52,757 nt of DNA. Source: Escherichia phage vB_EcoM_SD350. The notes beneath the pieces were generated by a model. It did no database searches, had not been told where the DNA came from, and was given only the letters and a program-made list of their open reading frames with translations. The position numbers and the translations under genes are program-made. The stretch lies in the sequence record OR911937.1; one strand, 5' to 3'. Of this stretch, positions 18,783 to 29,263 are shown one piece after another (position 1 is the first letter of the stretch; each line of letters starts with the position of its first letter).

Positions 18783-20915
18783 TTGATGTCGCTTCCGCTT
18801 AATGAGGTTGTCGACGTCCAGTTCAGTAAGAGCAACGGGGGTAAAGGTTTTACCCCCAATGTTCCGCTGGAAGGTATAATGCTTTCCAACTACGAGTACT
18901 CAATCGTCGCGGGTGATGACCCTGTTCAGCTAGTTGTGCGTTACATTCCAACCAACGCTACTGAGCGTGGTATGGCGTGGAAATCTAGCGACTCGGACAT
19001 TATCACTGTTGATGAGCTCGGATTTGTGAAGCCACTGGCGGAAGGTGTTGCATACGTGACTGGTACGTCTGTTGACGGCGGTTATACAGTACGAGCAAAG
19101 TTTAACATTGCTCGGGCACCTATACTTGTTGAATCTGTTACAGTGTCTCCCACAAGTGTGACGCTTGAAGAGGGCAAGACTCAACGCCTGACATACACCT
19201 ATTTACCTGCTAATGCAGACAAACCTGATTTCTACTGGATTTCAGACGATGAGTCTGTTGCTGTTGTTAACGACAGCGGGCTTGTCACTGCTATTGGAGA
19301 TGGTGAAACAACTGTAAACGTACAGTACGGTGTTGACAGCTCTATATTCGATAGCTGTACCGTAACTGTTATTCCGCCTGTTGTACACGTTACAGGAGTT
19401 GAGTTTCTTACTCAGTCACCTCTTAACGTTAATATCGGAAGCACAGCTGGTACCAGTATTCGTATATCGCCAGAAGATGCCACTGACAAAACAGTGACAT
19501 ACGAAAGCAGTGCGCCTGATGTAGCAACTGTGGATACTGACGGAAATGTTACTGGTATTATAGCTGGTAATGCAACTGTTACTGTTAAGACGAATGATGG
19601 TGATAAAACTGACACTCTTGACATTATAGTCAGGGTGCCTGCTGTAAATGTTACCGGTGTAAGTATTGACGAAGGCGATACAGCTTCCATGGAAGTTGGA
19701 GACACTCTCCAGCTGCATGCTACTGTGACTCCTGAAAATGCTACTGACCCGTCTGTTGTATGGAGTGCTCCTGTATCAGAAGTTGCGTCTGTGACTGAAG
19801 CTGGTTTGGTAACCGCTAACGCTGCAGGCTTAATCGATGTTACTGTTATCACTAACGACGGGAACTTTACTGACAGAATCGAGGTTAAAGTTACAGACCC
19901 CAGCATCGCAGTTACGGATGTTGCATGGGCTCCTGACTCTCCGACTAAAGTAAGCGCTGGCCATCAGGTGCAGACTAAAATTGTTATAACACCTGACAAC
20001 GCAACTAACAAAAAAGTTAGCTACAATAGTTCAAACCCAGACGCTGTTACTGTTGACACTAACGGAGTTATATACGGTCAATCTCCTGGAACTTCGACTA
20101 TTACAGTTACAACAGAAGACGGTGGACTTGAGGCTTCATTTGTAGCGACTTGCACGGAGGTTGCTGTTATTACACCAGATGGTCTTGGTGGTATTCCAAT
20201 TGGCGGCACTCAGCAGTTCACTTACACTGTTAACCAGCCTGATGCTGATCTGACTAACATTCGTTATGAATCTGCTAACCCAGATATTGCAACTGTTGAT
20301 TCGTCTGGTGTTGTAACTGGTGTTGCTAGTGGCGGATGTAACATCTGGATTTATGCAACTAGTAATGGCGCTGACATTAGCGCAGCTACTTGGGCACAAA
20401 TTTCTGAGAAGGTACAGGTATACCCTCAGTATGCCGAATGGCTTGTGGGTAACACCAAACAGCTTGATGTTGAGATTTATCCGTCGGACTCTAAGAGCGT
20501 TACCGTTACTTATGAATCGTCAAATGACGCTATCATTAGTATAGATGCAAATGGCTTGATGACTGCTAAGTCTGAAGGTTCAGCAACTATTACTGCTAAC
20601 GTTGTGATGAACGGTGTTGCTGCTTCTGGTACAACATCTCCTTACGTGTCTGAGCTTTCTGTTACTACTGACTCGTTGCCTGCACTTACTGTTGGTAACA
20701 CGCAACAGCTTGTTGTAACTGTTAGACCTGAATACGCTAAGACCGACCCAGGCTATAACGTTCAGTATACAACTACAGACGATACTGTCGCTACTGTAAG
20801 TAATACTGGTGTTATTACCGGCGTTGGTAGCGGTGGATGTCGTATTGGTGCCACAGTAACTGTGAGAAATGCTACAGCGTCGGACAGCTCTTATCAGTCC
20901 GTCGATGCAGCATAA
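18783..20915 (+). CDS. Ig-like multi-repeat protein (710 aa)
   Basis: Many tandem repeats of the same ~80-aa type (..VTGV.., A.D..V.W.S.., G..TVTV..DG); candidate decoration or fibre protein. Confidence 0.5.
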   Translation: MMSLPLNEVVDVQFSKSNGGKGFTPNVPLEGIMLSNYEYSIVAGDDPVQLVVRYIPTNATERGMAWKSSDSDIITVDELGFVKPLAEGVAYVTGTSVDGGYTVRAKFNIARAPILVESVTVSPTSVTLEEGKTQRLTYTYLPANADKPDFYWISDDESVAVVNDSGLVTAIGDGETTVNVQYGVDSSIFDSCTVTVIPPVVHVTGVEFLTQSPLNVNIGSTAGTSIRISPEDATDKTVTYESSAPDVATVDTDGNVTGIIAGNATVTVKTNDGDKTDTLDIIVRVPAVNVTGVSIDEGDTASMEVGDTLQLHATVTPENATDPSVVWSAPVSEVASVTEAGLVTANAAGLIDVTVITNDGNFTDRIEVKVTDPSIAVTDVAWAPDSPTKVSAGHQVQTKIVITPDNATNKKVSYNSSNPDAVTVDTNGVIYGQSPGTSTITVTTEDGGLEASFVATCTEVAVITPDGLGGIPIGGTQQFTYTVNQPDADLTNIRYESANPDIATVDSSGVVTGVASGGCNIWIYATSNGADISAATWAQISEKVQVYPQYAEWLVGNTKQLDVEIYPSDSKSVTVTYESSNDAIISIDANGLMTAKSEGSATITANVVMNGVAASGTTSPYVSELSVTTDSLPALTVGNTQQLVVTVRPEYAKTDPGYNVQYTTTDDTVATVSNTGVITGVGSGGCRIGATVTVRNATASDSSYQSVDAA

Positions 20916-20940
20916 AAATTAATTAACTTTGCACTGGCCA

Positions 20941-20969
20941 TTTACTTGGTTAAACTTACTGAGTATAAT
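20941..20969 (+). promoter_or_regulatory. promoter candidate upstream of the tail module
   Basis: TTTACT 20941-20946, 17-nt spacer, TATAAT 20964-20969. Confidence 0.4.
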
Positions 20970-21001
20970 GGCCGGAAAGTCCACCCAAGAGGTAAACAAA
21001 A

Positions 21002-22141
21002 ATGCCGTTGAATGTAAACCAGATTGTAAACGTTCAACTGAACAACACTCCAACTGGTATCAGCAAAGGTGACTTCGGTAAGCTGGCTCTTTTAACTCAG
21101 GACCCTGGCACTGCTTTTCCTGACAGCGACAACGGACACTATGTTGAAATCGGCAGCTACTCTGAAGCCGAGTCTTATTGGGGTACTGGTTCAGTTGTAC
21201 TTGGCGCGCTGAAGATTTTCTTTGCACAATCTCCGCGTCCTCGTTCAGTAGTTATCGCCTCATGGAGCAACACCTCTACTCTGGATGCGGCTATTAAAGC
21301 ATTCAACGATGTGTATCCTGACTGGTATGTTCTGCGTCCGCTTCCGCCTACTGGCGAGCTGTCTGACGATGACATCAGTTTGCTGGCGTCAACTGTTGCT
21401 GCTTACGATAAAAAACGTTGCAGCTACACTACCACTAAAGCAACTCATATTGAAAACAGCGACTCCAACCCGATTAAAGTTCTGGCTGGTAAAGGCTACA
21501 ACAATATGTGGCTTCAGTACGATAAGAACAACCAACACTATGCAGACATTTCTGCTATGGCGCGTGCTCTGTCTGTTAACTTCTCTGGTAACCGCACTAC
21601 GATTACCATGAAGTTCAAACAAGAGCCTGGTATTACACCGAACAACACTTTAACGCTCACTGAAGCTAACAAGTGTAAAGCGCTGGGTATTAACTGGTAC
21701 ACCTACTACAGCACCTTTGCTATGCTTGCAGAAGGTACTGTCCTCGGTACGTCCAAGCCGCCGCGCTTCTGGGATGAAGTACATGGTCTCGACTGGTTCT
21801 GTAATGCTGTCCAGACTTACGTCTTCAACTCAATCGCTACGTCACCCACGAAGGTGCCGCAGACGAACAAAGGTCACGAGCGCCTTACCGGTGCTGCAGC
21901 TGTTGCTTGTCAGCAGGCTGTCGACAACGGCTTGGTTGCGCCTGGTATCTGGTACGGTGATGAGTTTGGTACACTGTCTTATGGTGACCGACTCGAAACA
22001 GGTTTCTACATCTACATCCCTGACGTAGATGACCAGCCTCTGGATGAGCGTGAAGCTCGTCAGGCCGTTGTAATGCAAATCGCGATTAAGCTGGCTGGTG
22101 CAATCCACTCCAGCGACATCCTGATTAACTTCACTCGCTAA
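21002..22141 (+). CDS. tail sheath candidate (major tail protein)
   Basis: 379 aa, biased codon usage, first gene of the tail module; sheath versus other major tail protein not resolved. Confidence 0.4.
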   Translation: MPLNVNQIVNVQLNNTPTGISKGDFGKLALLTQDPGTAFPDSDNGHYVEIGSYSEAESYWGTGSVVLGALKIFFAQSPRPRSVVIASWSNTSTLDAAIKAFNDVYPDWYVLRPLPPTGELSDDDISLLASTVAAYDKKRCSYTTTKATHIENSDSNPIKVLAGKGYNNMWLQYDKNNQHYADISAMARALSVNFSGNRTTITMKFKQEPGITPNNTLTLTEANKCKALGINWYTYYSTFAMLAEGTVLGTSKPPRFWDEVHGLDWFCNAVQTYVFNSIATSPTKVPQTNKGHERLTGAAAVACQQAVDNGLVAPGIWYGDEFGTLSYGDRLETGFYIYIPDVDDQPLDEREARQAVVMQIAIKLAGAIHSSDILINFTR

Positions 22142-22152
22142 GGAGCAGATCA

Positions 22153-22584
22153 ATGATCATCGATTCTTCTGAATGCGTGTTGAGCCTGAATGGTGTTCAG
22201 CTGTCCGACTGGGCAGACGGTGCCGATGTCATTGACGTGCAATGGGTGGACCCAGCTTCCACCTATCTTGCAGGTGCAGATGGCAATGGCATTCAGATTA
22301 TGAACCCGTCCAAAGCCATTAAGCTAACTATCAAGGTTAAGCAAAATGGTCCGGATGCCAAATGGCTTAACGACCAGTACAACCTGCAGCGTAACAACAT
22401 TCGTGGATTTGTCCCGTTTGTGCTGCAAGCCAAAGACCTGCTAAACCAGGATTTGGCATGGGGTAAAAAAGGTTACTTTACCGATGGTTCCCCGTGGACT
22501 CGCGGTAACGGCCATAACCCGACTACCTTCGCTATTGTGTTCCACCAAGGTGGTATGCAGTTGACTGAAGGCTTTGACCAGTAA
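22153..22584 (+). CDS. tail tube candidate
   Basis: 143-aa ORF directly after the sheath candidate; positional. Confidence 0.4.
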   Translation: MIIDSSECVLSLNGVQLSDWADGADVIDVQWVDPASTYLAGADGNGIQIMNPSKAIKLTIKVKQNGPDAKWLNDQYNLQRNNIRGFVPFVLQAKDLLNQDLAWGKKGYFTDGSPWTRGNGHNPTTFAIVFHQGGMQLTEGFDQ

Positions 22585-22602
22585 CAATAGAGGAAAGCAC
22601 AA

Positions 22603-23031
22603 ATGACTGAGCCCAAATCATTTGACATCGACGACGTAACGTACAACATGACACTCGCAAACGCGCTGCAAGCCTGGACGGTCCTGAAAAAAGCAGGTAA
22701 GCTGTTCAAAGGCATTGGTAACGCTGACATTGTGGGTAAAGACGGCAAAGTGGACGGTAAGAAAGCAATGCTGGTCCTGTTGGACGCTGTTCTGGAGAAC
22801 GCAGGTTCTGACGAGATGACAGCTATTGAGGAGCTAATCTTCCGCAATACTGTTGTTGTAGTTGATGGCAAACCGCGTAAGCTGTCTGACTGTAAAGACC
22901 AACACTTCAACGCACATCGTAGCCATATCTTCGGTGTGCTCAAGGAGGGATTGGTATATCAGTTCGCGGATTTTTTCAAAGGGAATGGCCTGTCAGGTCT
23001 AGCGGGTCTAGCCACGCCCTTGACGAAATAA
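22603..23031 (+). CDS. tail assembly chaperone
   Basis: 142-aa ORF immediately upstream of tape measure; contains slippery heptamer T_TTT_TTC at 22971-22977. Confidence 0.55.
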   Translation: MTEPKSFDIDDVTYNMTLANALQAWTVLKKAGKLFKGIGNADIVGKDGKVDGKKAMLVLLDAVLENAGSDEMTAIEELIFRNTVVVVDGKPRKLSDCKDQHFNAHRSHIFGVLKEGLVYQFADFFKGNGLSGLAGLATPLTK

Positions 23032-23213
23032 AACGCAAGCAACAGTCAGGGACGCAAGAAACTGACTGGTTCGTTTGGCTTCCTATTCTCAAGGGTCATG
23101 TGACCCTTGCAGAATTAAAGACGTCCTACAGCTTGTGTGATTTGTGCGACCTGCATATTGCTATTCTGGACTATGCCGAGTTAGAGGAAATCCATGGCGA
23201 CCATAATCGATAG
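22603..23213 (+). CDS. tail assembly chaperone, extended isoform by programmed -1 frameshift
   Basis: -1 frame downstream of the slippery site is open for 79 codons (22977-23213) and stops just inside the tape-measure start; it has no ATG of its own. Confidence 0.5.
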
Positions 23214-24876
23214 CTTTCTGGTAACGCTTGAGAGTAAAGCCGATAGTTCTGGCTTTGACCTCTTCGACCAGCTGTCCCGCCGTTTTGTGATTACCCTCGG
23301 CGATGTGATCAATCTTGCTGAGCGTGCCGCTGGTGCGCTTGGTAAGATGTTTGCGCCTGCGTTAGAGGCTGACGTACTCGCCGCCAAGATTAAAGGCTTC
23401 GGCTACGACGTTGAGTCGACGTGGAAAACGCTGATGGATATGTCTCTGCAAATGGGTACACCATTCCAGGAGGCACTAGACGGCTTTACTAAACTTAAAT
23501 CGTATGGCGTTGACCCGTTAAACGGTTCGCTACAAATGCTCAAAACAATCACTGCTGCAACAGGCGGTGATTTGGCACGTACCATTGTTGCGTATGGCCA
23601 GGCGTCTGCGATGGGTTCATTGCAGGGCCAGGAAAAGAACCAGTTCATTAACGCCGGTGTTGACATCTGGGGCGCATTGTCCCGCTACACTGGTAAGAAG
23701 CTTGGCGAGCTTCAGGATATGATGCGGCAGAAGCAAATCACTGCCGACATACTGACTAGCGCGCTCAAACAAGAAGCCGAACGTTTAAAACCAATTGCCC
23801 ACGAAGTGTCTCAGACACTCAAAGCGCAGTTAACTAACCTGAGCACAATTTGGTATGCTGCTCGTTCTAAGATTGCCCAGACCAGAGTATGGGATGAGGT
23901 AACTAAAGGCGCGATAAGTATGGTTAAGTCACTCACAGCAGTGCTTAACGATACCACACTTACTGCGGCGTTTAAAAAGTTCGACGAAGTTGTATTCAAT
24001 ACAATTGAAAACGTAAAACGACTTATCTACGTTATCGGGGATAACTTCCCGTTAATGGTTGCGATAACCTCATACGCACTGCTGTCACTTATTCCCGTGC
24101 TGGCGGCACTTATTCCCTGGCTAGCTAAGGTCGGCAACGCCTTTGTGGGTTTAGCTACCAAAATGCTTATGAACCCGCTCACGTGGTATGCACTGGCTAT
24201 CGGCACAGTTGTTGCTGTACTCACTGACCTCGATGACGCTCTGGCAGGACGTGAGACAGTTGTTAAGTGGTCAAAAGATGTTGTAGCCGCATGGGGAATT
24301 GTCAAGCAGTATATCGTAGTTATTGCAGACTTTATTCTGTCAATATTTGACGGTCGTTTATGGAACAAACTCGGTAACTGGTGGCAAGGTTTCCTTGTTG
24401 AAGTTAAGCAAGGCATAGAGCAGATAAAGCTTTGGTTGTCTGAAGCTCTTTACCAGCTACCTGGCGGTAAGTTCCTGATGGCGTTGTTTGGTAAGCTCGA
24501 TTCTACGCTTGGCTTTGCGGGCAATAAACTAGTGGCTGGTGCTGAAGCTACTGCTAACGCTGTGTCGCCTACCACTGAGCAGGGTGGAAGCTTCTGGAGT
24601 AGGGCACTCAACTGGTCTATGCGTAACTTCAACCCTATCACAGGGGAGATGACAGCTGGCGGTCAGGCTATGCAGTCAGCCATAAATACTGCTAAGCAAA
24701 ACCAACAGCAGAACGCAACTGTTATTCACCAGGATAATAGCGTTAAAGTTGATGCTACTATTACCGGTGTACAGAACCCACAAGAAGTAGGCCGTGAAGT
24801 CAACGACCAGGTCAAACAGGCGCAGAAAGAGAATGCTACTGTAAGGGCTAACAACAAAACGGCGGTAACACAATGA
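23194..24876 (+). CDS. tail tape measure protein
   Basis: 560 aa, helix-rich with hydrophobic segments (LLSLIPVLAALIPWLAKV...), directly after the chaperone pair. Confidence 0.6.
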   Translation: MATIIDSFLVTLESKADSSGFDLFDQLSRRFVITLGDVINLAERAAGALGKMFAPALEADVLAAKIKGFGYDVESTWKTLMDMSLQMGTPFQEALDGFTKLKSYGVDPLNGSLQMLKTITAATGGDLARTIVAYGQASAMGSLQGQEKNQFINAGVDIWGALSRYTGKKLGELQDMMRQKQITADILTSALKQEAERLKPIAHEVSQTLKAQLTNLSTIWYAARSKIAQTRVWDEVTKGAISMVKSLTAVLNDTTLTAAFKKFDEVVFNTIENVKRLIYVIGDNFPLMVAITSYALLSLIPVLAALIPWLAKVGNAFVGLATKMLMNPLTWYALAIGTVVAVLTDLDDALAGRETVVKWSKDVVAAWGIVKQYIVVIADFILSIFDGRLWNKLGNWWQGFLVEVKQGIEQIKLWLSEALYQLPGGKFLMALFGKLDSTLGFAGNKLVAGAEATANAVSPTTEQGGSFWSRALNWSMRNFNPITGEMTAGGQAMQSAINTAKQNQQQNATVIHQDNSVKVDATITGVQNPQEVGREVNDQVKQAQKENATVRANNKTAVTQ

Positions 24877-25769
24877 GTGACATCTTTGCTGGAATTACTG
24901 ATGCTGCCAATAACTTGTACCAGGACGCCCGTGACAGGCTCATGGGCGACGGTACAACCACCTTACGCTTCCGCAACTGCGGAGGTATTAAGATGGATGC
25001 TGTCACAAATGAAGAGCATCAGTCTGACCTTGACATCGCTGACAACGAACTTGAGTCCGGGGCTAAGGCTTCGGACCATGCTGCAGTACAACCAAAAGTT
25101 ATTACTGTAACTGGTGTGGTAGTTGGCTATATTGACGAGTCGATTCAAGAGTCAACAGTTAACGACGTAACCGGCTTACGGTCTATGGATTTCTTGGATG
25201 ATATTCAGCTTCCACAGGTAGTGTCTACTGTCCTCGAAGGAACAAGGGACTTTGCTGTTAACAAGCTAGTCTCATTCATAGACTGGGGCGGTTTAGACGC
25301 TACCATTTCACGCTCTTTAGTTCCATGGCTTCCTGACTTTAGTATAGCTGAACAACTTAAGTCTTCGGACAACATGAGGATTGAACAGGTATACCGTACA
25401 CTGCTGGATTTACAGAAAAACGTTATTTACTGTGACGTTGATACTGGTATCTTCAAGTATACGAATATGCTTTTGAAGTCCGTTCGTGTTGTACAGGAGA
25501 AAGATGGTTCAGCTACGTTTACCCTTACGTTCCGTGAAGTCATTGAAGTACCGATTGTAGTTACAAACGCTGTAGCCGCTAAGTCGACAGGTCGCCCTGC
25601 TAATAACGGCACCAAGAAAAGCGGACGAGCTCAAGGCCAGGGTGACGCCACCAGTAAGAAGGATATAAACACAACTACACCGATTAGCGAGAAGCGTGTA
25701 AACGATAACCGCGGTTTTGGTGTAACACTCGGTGACATGTTTGGCTTTAACTTACGAGGCATATTCTGA
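24873..25769 (+). CDS. tail/baseplate protein
   Basis: 298-aa ORF, start overlaps the tape-measure stop; positional. Confidence 0.4.
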   Translation: MSDIFAGITDAANNLYQDARDRLMGDGTTTLRFRNCGGIKMDAVTNEEHQSDLDIADNELESGAKASDHAAVQPKVITVTGVVVGYIDESIQESTVNDVTGLRSMDFLDDIQLPQVVSTVLEGTRDFAVNKLVSFIDWGGLDATISRSLVPWLPDFSIAEQLKSSDNMRIEQVYRTLLDLQKNVIYCDVDTGIFKYTNMLLKSVRVVQEKDGSATFTLTFREVIEVPIVVTNAVAAKSTGRPANNGTKKSGRAQGQGDATSKKDINTTTPISEKRVNDNRGFGVTLGDMFGFNLRGIF

Positions 25770-26161
25770 TGATATTTACCACAACTGCTTTCCTTGACAT
25801 TATAGGTAATGATGGTTCTGGTATTTACGACTTAGAACCTACCTCCGAAGGTAAGCAATCAATATCAATTTCTATCGCTGGATATACGTATAACATTGAG
25901 TTGTACTATAACACGGTAGGTCAGCTCTGGCAGGCTACAGTGACTGACATATCAAGTAATGCTGTACTTTGTTCCAGTTATGCTTTACAATATGGGCGTA
26001 TTGCTTTTGGTAACTGGGACACGCGTATAGCGTTGCTGGTAAGTGACAAATCCTCCAGCCGCATCGGTCCTATGACTACAGATGACATGGGAGGACGTTG
26101 CAGTGTCTACATCGTCGACAAAACAGCCTACCCGTCAGTTTGGCCGCGCGTTAAAGCTTGA
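25769..26161 (+). CDS. tail/baseplate protein (small)
   Basis: 130-aa ORF, overlapping start/stop with neighbours. Confidence 0.4.
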   Translation: MIFTTTAFLDIIGNDGSGIYDLEPTSEGKQSISISIAGYTYNIELYYNTVGQLWQATVTDISSNAVLCSSYALQYGRIAFGNWDTRIALLVSDKSSSRIGPMTTDDMGGRCSVYIVDKTAYPSVWPRVKA

Positions 26162-27062
26162 GGTCAGCAACGGTAAAGATGAAGGCATAATCATCTCAAA
26201 TCTTCGTGTTACCTTTGACATTCAAAAGGGTAACACGAAGCATCCGAATAAAGCGACAATCACAGTGTTTAACTTGACTGAATCCAACCGTTATAAGTTG
26301 GCGTCAGGTACCTGGGATTACGTCCGTCTCTCTGTGGGCTACGGTCTTGATAACATAGTTTATCGTTTGATATTCGAAGGCGATATTACTCGAGCTAACG
26401 ACCAACGAAACGGTCTTGACATACAGACTGTCCTCGAATGTGGCGATGCCCGTAAGTCTTACAACGATGGCTTTGTTAATACGACACTAGCTGCTGGTTC
26501 TACCTACGACAGTGTTGTTGATGTTTGCCTGGCCAGTATGCCAAAAGTTGAAGAAGGGTACGTCTGCCTTGACAGCAATAAACCAGCTTTCCTGCGAGCA
26601 CGTACTCTGTTCGGACAAACACACAACATACTCGACCAGGTTGCTGCTGCCAACAAGGCTACCTGGTCTATACAAGACAATAAACTCAATATCATTCCTA
26701 ACGACTCTGTTACTGACTACGACGTTGTTGTGCTGTCAGAATCGTCTGGTATGATTGGTGCTCCTCGCGGCACAGACAAAGGTCTTGAGGTTACTTGCAA
26801 CCTGAATCCTTCTCTGGCCATCGGTGGTCTTGTACAAGTAAATTCTATGTTTACACAGTACAACGGACAGTATAAAATCGACACTATAAGATTTCGGGGT
26901 GACAATAAACCGAAAGGACCGTGGCGTGCTGATTTGACGGTTCTCGGTGGACAGTTTGCGAAGAAAGTTCGTCGACTCAAGAAGCCACGCAAACTGTCGA
27001 AGATTGAGTACGACTATGTTACTGAACCCGGTGTTGACCATACAGTAGGCGGAGGTAGCTGA
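26082..27062 (+). CDS. baseplate hub-like protein (start uncertain)
   Basis: 326-aa ORF; ATG at 26082 overlaps the upstream gene by 80 nt; alternative GTG at 26103 has GGAGG 9 nt upstream. Confidence 0.4.
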   Translation: MTWEDVAVSTSSTKQPTRQFGRALKLEVSNGKDEGIIISNLRVTFDIQKGNTKHPNKATITVFNLTESNRYKLASGTWDYVRLSVGYGLDNIVYRLIFEGDITRANDQRNGLDIQTVLECGDARKSYNDGFVNTTLAAGSTYDSVVDVCLASMPKVEEGYVCLDSNKPAFLRARTLFGQTHNILDQVAAANKATWSIQDNKLNIIPNDSVTDYDVVVLSESSGMIGAPRGTDKGLEVTCNLNPSLAIGGLVQVNSMFTQYNGQYKIDTIRFRGDNKPKGPWRADLTVLGGQFAKKVRRLKKPRKLSKIEYDYVTEPGVDHTVGGGS

Positions 27063-27709
27063 TGTCAGCTATTGACTATAATACAGCAACACTTGATGAG
27101 GCCATTGAGGCTGCACTGTTTGCTGCAATGATTGGTAAGCGCCACTGTTTACCTGGCCGCATAGTATCGTTTAACAGCAACCTACAGACTGTTGTTGTTG
27201 AACCTATGGTTAGTGCCGAAAACGAAGATGGTTCAATGAGACCGCTACCACCAGCAGCTGATGTTCCTTTGTTCCAGCTAGGCGGTGGTGATTTTGTTAT
27301 AACGCTTGAACCAAAGAAAGGCGACCCGTGCTTACTTCTTGTTGCCGACAGGTGTATTGATGTATGGTACGAGCTGGCTGAAAACGCTATACCAGGTGAC
27401 TTCCGACAGAATGACCTGTCAGACTGCTTCTGTCTTGTGGGCTTCAGACCTAAGCCTCTGAAGATAACAAACTGGATGGAAGGCGTAACTATACGTAAGG
27501 TTGACGGAAGTCACTATATCAATATTAATAATGCTGGCAAGGTATCGATAAAGGCCACAGCAGTAGACTTGCTTGATACGCCAACACTTAATGCACCAAA
27601 CACAGAAGCCAAGTTTAAAGAAGTTGACATTGGCGGCGTTAAGATGTCCAAACACAGACACCAAGAAAATGGTGACGGTGGCGGTATTACTAATGGCCCG
27701 CAAAACTAG
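27062..27709 (+). CDS. baseplate spike-like protein (V-like)
   Basis: 215 aa, Gly-rich C-terminal tip (GDGGGITNG); position before the W/J-like genes. Confidence 0.4.
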   Translation: MSAIDYNTATLDEAIEAALFAAMIGKRHCLPGRIVSFNSNLQTVVVEPMVSAENEDGSMRPLPPAADVPLFQLGGGDFVITLEPKKGDPCLLLVADRCIDVWYELAENAIPGDFRQNDLSDCFCLVGFRPKPLKITNWMEGVTIRKVDGSHYININNAGKVSIKATAVDLLDTPTLNAPNTEAKFKEVDIGGVKMSKHRHQENGDGGGITNGPQN

Positions 27710-27719
27710 GTAACCCACA

Positions 27720-28091
27720 ATGCGAACAAGACGACTCGATTCAAACTGGGACTGGAATTTTGGGCGTGGCCGACTTGACTACGCCGATACGTCTGAGTCC
27801 ATTGAACAACGCATCGTGCAGATACTCCGCTGCTATACTATGGACTGGGTACATGACCTGGACTATGGCATTGACTGGTTCGGACTAATGGAGAAGCCTG
27901 TTCGATGGGCTGACCTTGAGGCTGCAATCAAGACAGCAATACTTGCGGAGTATGGAGTTAGTTCTATCGAGAGCTTTACCCTAAGCTTCGACCCTGACTC
28001 ACGTCACGCTGTTTATTCGGTTGAGGTTAATGATATTTACCACAACACAACCTCTATTAACAGAAGTATTAATTTAACCGGAGAAAACTGA
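27720..28091 (+). CDS. baseplate wedge protein (W/gp25-like)
   Basis: 123-aa ORF preceding the J-like gene; size and position. Confidence 0.4.
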   Translation: MRTRRLDSNWDWNFGRGRLDYADTSESIEQRIVQILRCYTMDWVHDLDYGIDWFGLMEKPVRWADLEAAIKTAILAEYGVSSIESFTLSFDPDSRHAVYSVEVNDIYHNTTSINRSINLTGEN

Positions 28092-29263
28092 TGGGCTCTG
28101 TAACTAGCACAGGCTATGTTCCCGTCAAGCTCGACGACTGGATCAGCAGATTCGAAACGCTCTTCCGTCGTGTGTACGGCGCGGATATTGATTTGTCAGC
28201 TAAGTCTGCTGACGGACAAATGGTTGGTATTCTGGCGCAGATGTTTGCAGACCAGGACGAGCAAGTTGCAATTCTGTTTTCTATGCTTGACCCTAACCAG
28301 GCATCTGGTGTATACGTAGACCAGTTCCTTGCCTACGTAGCGCTTCAGCGTAAAGGCGAGATGTCAACGCTGTTGACCAGGGTTAAGATCGAAGGTGACC
28401 GTAACACTATTATACGTACTCCTTACTATGTAACTGACAGCTCGAATAACGTGTACCAGCTTAACTCCACTGTTGCGCTGGACGATAACGGTGTAGTCGA
28501 AACAAGCTTCAGCTCTGTTAAGACTGGCCGCTTTGTCGTACTTGCAAACGATGAGCTTAAACCACAGACCATCGTTTCTGGTGTGCGTAAAGTTACCAAC
28601 ATGCAAGTGTCGTCTGGCGGTGCGTCCACTGAGCTCGACTCTGAGGCGATAGACCGTGCGTATAACTCTTACGGCAAACCTGGCACGAACAGCTTAGACG
28701 GTATTGTTGCTGAGATTCGTCAGATGACTGATGTTATCGCGTGTAACGGTTACGAGAACGAAGAAGATACTCGGGACCCATTAACTGGCTTACCTCCTCA
28801 CAGTATGCAGATTGTTGTGGATGGTGGTTCGCCTGCTGCTATTGCTGACTGTATCTTCCGCCGTAAGACTAATGGCTGTAAGCAGATTGGCACTGTGTCT
28901 TATCAGATTACGGATAAGTCAGGTACACAGCGCACAATGAAATGGAGTCAGCCTACTTATGTTGAGGCTTATGCTTCACTTGTTGTAGCCCGTAAGGAAC
29001 TGTTTACCGACGTTTCCGAGGAACTTATTAAGAATGCTATTCTGTCCAAGGTATACAATATCGGTGAAGAGGTATCAACCTACGAACTGGGTCAGCTGAT
29101 TCAAGAAGCGAATGGCGTAAGCCCTAACTTCTACATCAAGACTTTCTTTGTGGGTAAATCAGCTAATCCGTCGACAGATACGATTCTGCGTATCACTGCT
29201 CTTGAGCGTGCAATATTCGCTGCAGACCGTATCACTATTGCAGTGGTGAATGCTGATGGCTGA
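28091..29263 (+). CDS. baseplate J-like protein
   Basis: 390-aa ORF in the conserved V-W-J-I order. Confidence 0.45.
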   Translation: MGSVTSTGYVPVKLDDWISRFETLFRRVYGADIDLSAKSADGQMVGILAQMFADQDEQVAILFSMLDPNQASGVYVDQFLAYVALQRKGEMSTLLTRVKIEGDRNTIIRTPYYVTDSSNNVYQLNSTVALDDNGVVETSFSSVKTGRFVVLANDELKPQTIVSGVRKVTNMQVSSGGASTELDSEAIDRAYNSYGKPGTNSLDGIVAEIRQMTDVIACNGYENEEDTRDPLTGLPPHSMQIVVDGGSPAAIADCIFRRKTNGCKQIGTVSYQITDKSGTQRTMKWSQPTYVEAYASLVVARKELFTDVSEELIKNAILSKVYNIGEEVSTYELGQLIQEANGVSPNFYIKTFFVGKSANPSTDTILRITALERAIFAADRITIAVVNADG

